From a virus: a stretch of 64,000 nt of DNA. The DNA is taken from positions 1 through 64,000 of the IMG/VR virus record IMGVR_UViG_3300042311_000920; one strand, given 5' to 3'. The stretch's first letter is position 1, and the number at the start of each line of letters is the position of its first letter. Both the position numbers and the translations under genes were made by a program. The notes beneath the pieces are model-generated. The model had not been told where the DNA came from. It worked only from the letters and a program-made list of their open reading frames with translations, and did no database searches. Positions 19,132-26,958 of this stretch are shown here, one piece after another.

Positions 19132-19859
19132 GTGGCGGTGCTTTGTTCAATGCTGATTGTATGGATATTTTACCTCTTATTCCTAATAAATCGGTTCAAC
19201 TTATTTTGGCTGATTTGCCTTACGGAACAACAAGTTGTGCGTGGGATTGTATTATTCCATTTGACAAACTTTGGGCTGAATATGGTAGAATAATAAAAGA
19301 CAATGGTGCAATAGTTTTAACGGCTTCACAACCATTTACAAGTGCCTTAGTAAACAGTAAAATTGAATGGTTTAAATATGCTTTAGTTTGGGAAAAAGAA
19401 AGACCAAGCAACCCTGCACACGCAAAGATTAGATTTATGAAATGGCACGAAGATATTTTGATTTTTTCACCTAATAAAGAAAAGTTTAATCCACAAAAAG
19501 AAAAACGATTAGAGCAAAATAAAAGGAATAACAAACAAGGTGTATTTCATAAATCTGATGCTTATGGAGAACAAACAATACCACAAGGCGATGGGATGGC
19601 TGATGAAAAGTATTTGAGTAGCATATTAAAGGTAAATGTTGAAAGAGGGTTGCACCCAACGCAAAAGCCGTTAAAACTATTTAAAACATTGATTAGTGCC
19701 TTTACGGATGAAAATGATTATGTACTTGATAATACAATGGGAGTAGGCACAACTTGTTTAGGAGCAAAAGAGTTGAACCGTTCCTTTATTGGAATTGAAA
19801 AAGAGGTAAAATATTATGATTTGGCAGTTGGTCGGGTGTTCGGTCAGCATTGCCACTAA
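19068..19859 (+). CDS. Cassette beta-class N6A/N4C DNA methyltransferase
   Basis: DLPY, HPTQKP and DNTMGVGTT motifs. Confidence 0.9.
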   Translation: MMIVEQILNNAPNPLLHIADVSGGALFNADCMDILPLIPNKSVQLILADLPYGTTSCAWDCIIPFDKLWAEYGRIIKDNGAIVLTASQPFTSALVNSKIEWFKYALVWEKERPSNPAHAKIRFMKWHEDILIFSPNKEKFNPQKEKRLEQNKRNNKQGVFHKSDAYGEQTIPQGDGMADEKYLSSILKVNVERGLHPTQKPLKLFKTLISAFTDENDYVLDNTMGVGTTCLGAKELNRSFIGIEKEVKYYDLAVGRVFGQHCH

Positions 19860-19943
19860 CGGTTTCGGGCTTGGCGAAGGTGGGCTTGTAGGATGCTCAA
19901 TTTTAGCAGAATGTTTCTGCCCACTTTTGCCAAACCCGTGTTA
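19857..19943 (+). repeat. att-like hairpin site
   Basis: CGGGCTTGGCGAAGGTGGGC / GCCCACTTTTGCCAAACCCG T GTTA. Confidence 0.85.
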
Positions 19944-20013
19944 TGTGTAGTTGCGGTTGTTTATCAGGAACTTAAATTGAAAACGAATAAAAAAGAATTA
20001 GAAAAAAGAAGCG

Positions 20014-20715
20014 ATGGAATTAAATAAAATATATAACGAAGATTGCATTGAAGGTATGAAGAAAATACCATCTGCGAGTATTGATATGGTTCTAACTGAC
20101 CCACCATATACATCTCCAACTGTTCACGCATTCGGAAGGCAAAAAGTAAACCGATTATCAGATTTAGCAATACAAGAATTTTACTTTGCTGAAATCAAAA
20201 AGGAATGGGAACGAATACTGAAACCCAATGCACCTGTTTTGATTTTCTGCGATGATATTTATAGTGCTGTTTTGATGGGTTTGTTTTACGAATGGCAACA
20301 AAAGAATTTAGTTATTTGGGATAAGGGTAGAATTGGAATGGGAAACCCGTTTAGAAAACAGCACGAACTTGTATTTTATGCAAACAGAGGAAGTATTGAA
20401 TTGAATAAAACCAATATGAGCCACATTCCTACTGTAATAAAAGAAACGCTAACAAAAGAACATCACGGAGCAGAAAAGCCAGTAAAACTATTGATGAAAC
20501 TGATTGACGGACTTACAAAAGAAAATGCAACAGTTTTGGATTGCTTTATGGGAAGTGGCTCAACTGCGATTGCTTGTTTAGAAACGAAAAGAAACTATAT
20601 CGGTTTTGAACTTGATAAAAGCTATTATGAAACTTCACAAAATCGTATTTCTTCCTTGTGCGGTGGGCTTTTTTCTAATTCTTTTTCAACGGAAAGTTCA
20701 ATTGAAACGGGATGA
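20014..20715 (+). CDS. Cassette beta-class N6A/N4C DNA methyltransferase
   Basis: DPPY, HGAEKP and DCFMGSGST motifs. Confidence 0.9.
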   Translation: MELNKIYNEDCIEGMKKIPSASIDMVLTDPPYTSPTVHAFGRQKVNRLSDLAIQEFYFAEIKKEWERILKPNAPVLIFCDDIYSAVLMGLFYEWQQKNLVIWDKGRIGMGNPFRKQHELVFYANRGSIELNKTNMSHIPTVIKETLTKEHHGAEKPVKLLMKLIDGLTKENATVLDCFMGSGSTAIACLETKRNYIGFELDKSYYETSQNRISSLCGGLFSNSFSTESSIETG

Positions 20716-20728
20716 TAGCAATTACACA

Positions 20729-20777
20729 TAACGTTTTGCAGATTGGCGGTCGTTTTAATGCCGCCAATGTGCTGTTA
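20729..20777 (+). repeat. Minimal att-like hairpin site (49 bp)
   Basis: TAAC GTTTT GCAGATTGGCGG / CCGCCAATGTGC T GTTA. Confidence 0.8.
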
Positions 20778-20839
20778 CAGGTAGTAGGGATTTCTACCAC
20801 AAAACTTAATTAGAAGTACAAACAAAAAAGAATTTAAAA

Positions 20840-21715
20840 ATGAGCGAGGGCAAAAAAAGAAAAATTAAAGTATTATCATTATTCGATGGTATGAGTTGCG
20901 GACAAATAGCTTTAAACAAGCAAGGGATTGAATATGATGAATATTTTGCTTCTGAAATTGACAAAGAAGCTATAAAGGTAACTATGAAAAACTACCCAAA
21001 CACAAAACAATTAGGTAGTATTACGGAACTAAAAGGAATTGATTTGCCAAAAATAGATTTGCTATTTGGCGGAAGCCCTTGTCAAAGTTTTAGTAGAGCA
21101 GGAGATAACAGTGGATTTGACGGAAGTAGTAAATTGTTTTGGGAATTTGTAAGAGTTTTGAATGAAGTAGAACCTACTTACTTTTTACTTGAAAATGTAA
21201 TTATGAAAAAAGAATGGGAAGATGTAATTACGGAAGCGTTAGGAGTGAAACCTATTGAGATTACAAGTGCTAAATTTGTACCACAAGCAAGACGAAGATT
21301 ATATTGGACTAATATACCCAATGTAACGCAACCGAAACAATCTGAATACACTGTTTTAGACTTTATTGATGGTGATGGGTTTCCGACAAGTTGCGGAATT
21401 GATAGAGTTTTTAAACGCAAAGAAATATTTAATACTTTGACGGCAACTTATTGGAAAGGAATTAGAGGAAGTTCAAGACCAGCAGTAAGTATTAGAGAAG
21501 GATTTTTAGATGCGGACAGAGAAGCACACCGTATGCTAACACCAACAGAATGTGAACGACTACAAACAGTACCTATTGGATATACGGATTGTGTTGCTAA
21601 AACAAATAGATATAAGATGCTTGGTAATGGTTGGACAGTTGATGTGATTGCTCATATTTTTTCTTTTTTAAAGGAGGGGAAATTTTTAAATTCTTTTTCT
21701 GACGAAAATGTTTAA
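20840..21715 (+). CDS. Cassette C5-cytosine DNA methyltransferase
   Basis: LFDGMSCG, GGSPCQSFS, ENV, QARRRLYW, ECERLQ and LGNGW motifs. Confidence 0.9.
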   Translation: MSEGKKRKIKVLSLFDGMSCGQIALNKQGIEYDEYFASEIDKEAIKVTMKNYPNTKQLGSITELKGIDLPKIDLLFGGSPCQSFSRAGDNSGFDGSSKLFWEFVRVLNEVEPTYFLLENVIMKKEWEDVITEALGVKPIEITSAKFVPQARRRLYWTNIPNVTQPKQSEYTVLDFIDGDGFPTSCGIDRVFKRKEIFNTLTATYWKGIRGSSRPAVSIREGFLDADREAHRMLTPTECERLQTVPIGYTDCVAKTNRYKMLGNGWTVDVIAHIFSFLKEGKFLNSFSDENV

Positions 21716-21741
21716 TCAAAGCACTTCACCGCTATTACCTG

Positions 21742-21861
21742 TAACGGTTCTCGGCTTGGCGAAGTTGCCGAACACAAAACTTCATTAGAATTACAAATGT
21801 TTAAATCAAAGATAGAATGTCAAACGAAGCACAAAACGGCAATTTTGCCAAACCGATGTTA
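21742..21861 (+). repeat. att-like hairpin site
   Basis: TCGGCTTGGCGAAGTTGCCG / CGGCAATTTTGCCAAACCGA T GTTA. Confidence 0.85.
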
Positions 21862-22461
21862 GCACCAGTACGGGTTTTAAATCTATACGCTGGAATTGGA
21901 GGAAACCGAAAACATTGGGAAAATGTAGAAGTAACTGCAATAGAATACAACGAAGAAATTGCAAATGTTTACAAGAAATTACATCCAAACGATAATGTGA
22001 TAGTTACTGATGCACACGATTATTTGGCTAAAAATTGGAGAGAGTTTGATTTTATATGGAGTTCGCCACCATGTCAAAGTCATAGCAAAGTAAGAATGAT
22101 GGCAAGTAAAAGCGGAAGTTATGATGCTGTAATGCCTGATATGAAATTGTGGAGTGAAATAATTTTTTTACAGAACTTTACTAAAAACACAGATATAAAG
22201 TTTGTAGTTGAAAATGTAAAGCCTTATTACGAACCATTTGTAAAACCAACTGCAAAACTTGGTAGGCATTTATTTTGGGCAAACTTTGAAATACCTGAAG
22301 CCGAAATAAAAGATGGATTAACCCACAATGAAAGAGGAAGTTCTGAAAAAGGTTATTTTGACTTACGAGAATATAAAATAAAACACAGAAAAGACCAAAT
22401 AATTCGTAATTGCGTTGACCCAAATGTAGGACAATATGTTCTCGGTTGTGCAGTTTCGTAG
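21817..22461 (+). CDS. Cassette short C5-methyltransferase-like protein
   Basis: LYAGIGG, SPPCQ and ENV motifs; ATG inside the hairpin. Confidence 0.8.
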   Translation: MSNEAQNGNFAKPMLAPVRVLNLYAGIGGNRKHWENVEVTAIEYNEEIANVYKKLHPNDNVIVTDAHDYLAKNWREFDFIWSSPPCQSHSKVRMMASKSGSYDAVMPDMKLWSEIIFLQNFTKNTDIKFVVENVKPYYEPFVKPTAKLGRHLFWANFEIPEAEIKDGLTHNERGSSEKGYFDLREYKIKHRKDQIIRNCVDPNVGQYVLGCAVS

Positions 22462-22470
22462 TATTGGTGC

Positions 22471-22494
22471 TAACTAATCGCTAATCGCTATAAA
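22471..22494. other. Conserved array-terminal site (attI-like candidate)
   Basis: TAACTAATCGCTAATCGCTATAAA, 20/24 identical to 34783-34806. Confidence 0.6.
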
Positions 22495-22505
22495 ACCAAA
22501 TCAAA

Positions 22506-22730
22506 ATGAATACAATATCAGTAAGTTATGATTTGAAATGGCAAATAAAAAGTAATGAAAAATACAAGTGGACAACTTGCAAGAAACTTTTCAACACTCA
22601 AACAGGTCGCCAAATAAAAAAGACAATGAATTGCAGAAGTATTGGCTACTGGATAGGAAAACAATTTGTCACTTTGGAAAATTTAAAAAATCAACTAGAA
22701 TTAATCCCAAAAGAAAATACACCTTTTTAA
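22506..22730 (+). CDS. Hypothetical basic protein
   Basis: 74-aa ORF directly after the array-terminal site. Confidence 0.55.
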   Translation: MNTISVSYDLKWQIKSNEKYKWTTCKKLFNTQTGRQIKKTMNCRSIGYWIGKQFVTLENLKNQLELIPKENTPF

Positions 22731-22731
22731 A

Positions 22732-23190
22732 ATGAAAAAAATATTATTTTTGCTGTTAGTTGCTGGAGTAACGACAGCGCAGTACAACAATAAAATCAAC
22801 TTCAATCTATTAGTTGATAAAACCGCTCATATGGTTGCAGAAATCGAGGGAATTGAAGGTAAGATGTATCTTAAACAATCTTTAGAATTTGCCCCAAACA
22901 TCCAAGGAGGATATTTAGCAACCGGAACATCTGTTGGATTCAGTACCGAATTAGGAATGTTTCAACAGTACCGACTATACACAGCCCCGAAGCTTCAATT
23001 TATTTCAAGAGGCGGGAATGTTTATCCTTCCGCCGGATTTGAATTAGGAATTGATAAAACTTTTGATTCAGGTTTAATTATTGGAGTTCGCGGTACCTAT
23101 GACTACCGTAGCGATTTTGAGTATTGGGATAAATACGCATCCGAATGGAGACCGTCAGGATTTATTAAAATCGGGTGGAGAATAAGATAA
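22732..23190 (+). CDS. Putative small outer-membrane beta-barrel protein
   Basis: Signal peptide, alternating amphipathic strands, C-terminal FIKIGWRIR. Confidence 0.6.
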   Translation: MKKILFLLLVAGVTTAQYNNKINFNLLVDKTAHMVAEIEGIEGKMYLKQSLEFAPNIQGGYLATGTSVGFSTELGMFQQYRLYTAPKLQFISRGGNVYPSAGFELGIDKTFDSGLIIGVRGTYDYRSDFEYWDKYASEWRPSGFIKIGWRIR

Positions 23191-23205
23191 AATAAACTAA
23201 AAAAA

Positions 23206-23427
23206 ATGGCACAAAAAAAGACACTCTCAGAAGAGTTTGCAACATTCCTAAAAGAAAAACGAATGCGACTAGGAATGACACAAGCCCAACTTTCAGAATT
23301 AATTTACGGCGATCCTAAACGTGCCGAGTACATCGGACGAATCGAAAACGGTAAAAGAGAAATATCTGTTTCAACTATGGGGTTGATGCTTGAAAAAATG
23401 AACGCTTGGGTAGAATTTATTGAATAA
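23206..23427 (+). CDS. XRE-family HTH regulator
   Basis: LKEKRMRLGMTQAQLSE...IGRIENGKREIS. Confidence 0.8.
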   Translation: MAQKKTLSEEFATFLKEKRMRLGMTQAQLSELIYGDPKRAEYIGRIENGKREISVSTMGLMLEKMNAWVEFIE

Positions 23428-23471
23428 CTGTACAAAAATAAATAGTCGGGAAAACTATTAAAAACTAAAAT

Positions 23472-24770
23472 ATGGCAACAATTAAATTTACCGTGCGAGG
23501 GAAGAAAAACCCGTCGCCCATCTACATCCGTTTTGCAGAGGGAAAAAATATAGACCTTCACGAAAAATCTGGACTTTATGTAAATCCAATTTTTTGGGAC
23601 CAGAAAAAGCAACAGATCCGGAAAGTTCTCGAAGTAGCAAACAAAGACGATATCAATTCCAATCTTCGGAAACTTGAAATTTATTTGATTGATGAATTTA
23701 ATCAATCATTTATGACCGGCCAAGTAATAAATAAGCAATGGCTGTTGCAATCTATCCAAAAATTCTTTAATCGCCCTAAAAACGAAGAAAAACTACAAAA
23801 TTTAAAGCATCACATTTATTTTTCAGATTACGCCCAACACTGGATTGATAACAAGGCTAAAAAATTCAAAGTTGCCGCCAATAAATATATGGACGAAACA
23901 ACGATAGGACATTATCAGCAAGTTTTGGATAACTTCAAAGATTTCGAAGGAAAAAACAAAGTAAAACTATGCGATTTAAGCAACTTAAAATTAGACGAGT
24001 TCTCTTTATACCTTTCAGATACTAAAAGCTATTCAGAATCTACTAGCAAGCGTAAAGTTGGACGCGTTAAGTTCTTTTGCGCACGTGCCGAAAGCGACAA
24101 TTTAGAAGTCAACAAACAATACAAAGAAAGAGTTTTCGTCAAAGAGCAAGAAATCGAATACAAGCAGCCTTATTTAAACGAAGATGAAATTAACAACATT
24201 TTTAAATTGAAACTAGAACCTAATTGTCCAATGGATCATGTTCGAGATAATTTAATAATTGGATTATGGACTGGCTTAAGGGTGTCAGACTTTCTAACGA
24301 GATTAAACGTCTCCAATATTCAAGATGGTTTTATCAAAATAAAAACAATGAAAACAAAAACATTTGTCAATATTCCGATACACTCACAAGTAGCTTTTAT
24401 TTTGAATAAAAGAAACGGACAACTACCTAATAAAATATCAGAGCAAAAGTTTAACGACCACATAAAAACCTTGACGCAGATAGTAGGTATTGATGATTTA
24501 ATGATTGGAGGAGTGATGAAAGTTGACGAAAAAACTAAAGTTAAAAGGAAAGTAATTGATACATATAAAAAGTGGGAGTTAATGACCTCTCACGTTGGGC
24601 GCAGATCATTTGCTACAAATTTGTTCGGAAAAGTATCTAATAAAACCATTTGTGACGTATGCGGCTGGTCAAATGAAGATATGCTTTTTGCTTACAACAA
24701 AACCACGAACATGGAATCAGCGAATGTACTTAAGGATTACTGGGATAAAAAATACGAATCAAAAATATAA
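23472..24770 (+). CDS. int: Tyrosine recombinase/integrase of Bacteroidota type (arm-binding, SAM-like and catalytic domains)
   Basis: TGLRVSD (R), KTMKT (K), SHVGRRSFAT (HxxR), CGWS (W), FAY (Y). Confidence 0.9.
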   Translation: MATIKFTVRGKKNPSPIYIRFAEGKNIDLHEKSGLYVNPIFWDQKKQQIRKVLEVANKDDINSNLRKLEIYLIDEFNQSFMTGQVINKQWLLQSIQKFFNRPKNEEKLQNLKHHIYFSDYAQHWIDNKAKKFKVAANKYMDETTIGHYQQVLDNFKDFEGKNKVKLCDLSNLKLDEFSLYLSDTKSYSESTSKRKVGRVKFFCARAESDNLEVNKQYKERVFVKEQEIEYKQPYLNEDEINNIFKLKLEPNCPMDHVRDNLIIGLWTGLRVSDFLTRLNVSNIQDGFIKIKTMKTKTFVNIPIHSQVAFILNKRNGQLPNKISEQKFNDHIKTLTQIVGIDDLMIGGVMKVDEKTKVKRKVIDTYKKWELMTSHVGRRSFATNLFGKVSNKTICDVCGWSNEDMLFAYNKTTNMESANVLKDYWDKKYESKI

Positions 24771-24772
24771 CC

Positions 24773-25027
24773 ATGAAAGAAATGAACGATATTGCGTTAA
24801 ACAAAATGATAAATAAACTCCCTTTTGTTTTTGACTGGGTTAATTACAAAGGCGAAGATGTTGTGGCGCAGATTAATTTAGAAGCAACAAAAAAAGCAAA
24901 AAAACCGATGTTAGATATTAGCTACTGTATGACTAAAGCTATTAACCAGGTAATTATAGCCACGGTTCAATTTGACAAAAGTAAGTTTAAAAAATCTTCT
25001 CTTTCTGACACTAATTGGACTCAATAA
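24773..25027 (+). CDS. Hypothetical protein
   Basis: 84-aa ORF coupled to int. Confidence 0.55.
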   Translation: MKEMNDIALNKMINKLPFVFDWVNYKGEDVVAQINLEATKKAKKPMLDISYCMTKAINQVIIATVQFDKSKFKKSSLSDTNWTQ

Positions 25028-25052
25028 AATACCCATAAATTAAACTATAACT

Positions 25053-25253
25053 ATGGAAAAAGATATTGAAGACAAAGATATTCTCCGCAACGTGATAAAT
25101 GCTCTCAACCTGAAACGAAAAGAGTTCCACGTAAAAATCGGGTACTGACAAACAATCATTTATAAAATTTTGAACGGAGACGCTCGCATATCAAATCAAA
25201 GAAAAAGTATAAAAAGTGAAATTATTTTTCACACAAGTGTTGTTTATGTGTAA
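25053..25253 (+). pseudogene. HTH regulator with an internal TGA
   Basis: MEKDIEDKDILRNVINALNLKRKEFHVKIGY*QTIIYKILNGDARIS, stop at 25146-25148. Confidence 0.5.
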
Positions 25254-25261
25254 AATGTACT

Positions 25262-25387
25262 TATATTTGTCCTTGAATCAGTCTGGGTGGAATCAGATTT
25301 GATTATCTGACAATACACCAGTACTGATGCAAAAAAAGATAATCCTTAATCAAGCTCCTCCACCCGGCAAGATTAAGGTTTTTTTTG
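25262..25387 (+). ncRNA. Promoter plus structured small RNA or attenuator ending in a terminator
   Basis: TATATTTG at 25262, a hairpin carrying GGGTGGA, and a terminator hairpin CCTTAATC/GATTAAGG plus T-run whose loop holds the complementary TCCACCC. Confidence 0.5.
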
Positions 25388-25991
25388 TGCCTTATTTTAA
25401 ACAAAAAGCTATATACTGAAGGGATTAAAAGAGTGAAGCGGTATATTTCTAATGCGTTACTTCGGGGGTGGTTAAATAAAGCGCAGCTGTGACATAAAGG
25501 AAAGAGCAGTAGATTTAACAGGCAAGGTAATTTGTCTTAAAATAGATTCCACGTTTAACCGCATTACTGACGAGTTAAATAGTTCGACGAGCCGACGAAA
25601 ACTCACTGCAGTTTTTTAAAGTAATCTGAGAATTAGATGCACCTGAAACGAAAGTTTTAGGGTGCTATATCACATCTAATTCTCAAATCCTCCTCATCCT
25701 CTTGCAGTTATAATTTATATAGTAATTGTATATATTATAACAACAAATTTTAAAATTTTTTCACAAAAAAAACAAAAATGACCGAACTTAGGAATATTGA
25801 ATTTATTTGGATTCCTATAGCTTACAATACGGTCGCAGACGAATTGTTAAGATAACATTCACTTTGTCCAAAAAACCATTAGAAAATCCTACCATTTGGC
25901 AAAACTTACTCTTACTAATTCCTTTGTATTCAACTACTTGTAAAATTCTATCAATAATCATAAAAATAATTGAGATTTAAATCTAAAATAA

Positions 25992-26023
25992 TTTGTTTAT
26001 TTAGCCTATACTCTATATATTTG
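25992..26023 (+). promoter_or_regulatory. Consensus Bacteroidota promoter
   Basis: TTTG at 25992-25995, a 20-bp spacer, then TATATTTG at 26016-26023. Confidence 0.7.
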
Positions 26024-26366
26024 CCTTGTCTTGTTACAAAATAACAATTTAATGTTACACAATAACAATGCATTATGTTCTGGTATTTACTGAAAGTTAA
26101 CGGGGCAGTCAGCCTTTGAGTGCGAAGCCTCCTAAACTTGTATTTAGGAGGAAGTCTTTACAGCTCATACGCCACCCAAGAAACGTTAATTAGCCACTGT
26201 GGGCCGAACGAATACACTGCGTTAAAAAATAAAAACAAACTCTAAAACCCTAGTTTTAAAATGTTTGGCGACAGGAAAAACTAGGTCTTAACTTAACAAA
26301 GATATAAAATAAATTGTAACACTTGTAACATTTGTATTAAAACTTTGTTAATAAAAAGTAAATCAA

Positions 26367-26957
26367 ATGGATAAGTCTTTAAAACTTACCGATATAGCTA
26401 CTATTAAAAGACATAAAAGGTCTTTAAGATTGTGGAAATTGTGTGTTTTAGCAAACGCATACTACAAATACCAAATCTTCTATCTCAACGAATGTTTATT
26501 GAAACACGACACAGATTATAAGCAGGCCGAAAATACTTCAATGCTTATCAATTCAATTTTCAACGGAGAAACTGTTCCGGCTGATTTTGTAAAATCACAA
26601 GAAGAATCAGAAAACGAGTTAATTGAAAAACACCAAGACTACCAAGATTATCTCAATCAAAGTATGTTAGATAAAGAAACTGTTGATGCGTTTTGCAAAG
26701 CTTCTGAACACGGTAAATCTTCGTTACTAAAAATCAATTCGATTATTTTCGTAAAGCAAATAGAAACTCTTTTAACTTACAACTTCGGCTTAATCACCAA
26801 AGAACAGGCAGAAAAAGGTATTTTAGATTATTGCATATTTTCTCGTAAGCCTAAAAAACTAAACACAAAACTTTTTAAAAATACAGTCTACTTTATTGAA
26901 AGGCTATACAATGAAATAGAATCTAAAAAAAATTTCAGAACCCAAAATAAAACTTGA
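26367..26957 (+). CDS. Hypothetical protein
   Basis: 196-aa ORF. Confidence 0.6.
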   Translation: MDKSLKLTDIATIKRHKRSLRLWKLCVLANAYYKYQIFYLNECLLKHDTDYKQAENTSMLINSIFNGETVPADFVKSQEESENELIEKHQDYQDYLNQSMLDKETVDAFCKASEHGKSSLLKINSIIFVKQIETLLTYNFGLITKEQAEKGILDYCIFSRKPKKLNTKLFKNTVYFIERLYNEIESKKNFRTQNKT

Positions 26958-26958
26958 A

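Larger units (their letters stand above)
12428..22494 (+). mobile_element. Integron-like gene cassette array 1 (about 20 units)
   Basis: 20 (T/C)AAC-initiated hairpin sites (19 closed by GTT) alternate with gene segments that each carry their own GTT...AAC inverted repeat. The array ends in a 24-bp site shared with array 2. Confidence 0.85.

Noticed and set aside
12428-22494. CRISPR array or REP/BIME interpretation of the periodic repeats
   Set aside because: The repeats are not identical, are spaced by whole genes, and pair with unit-specific terminal repeats. No cas or RAYT gene is present.
25560-25630. Second hammerhead-like core (CTGACGA...GAAA)
   Set aside because: Stem II is weak, and no valid NUH triplet or stem I could be built by eye
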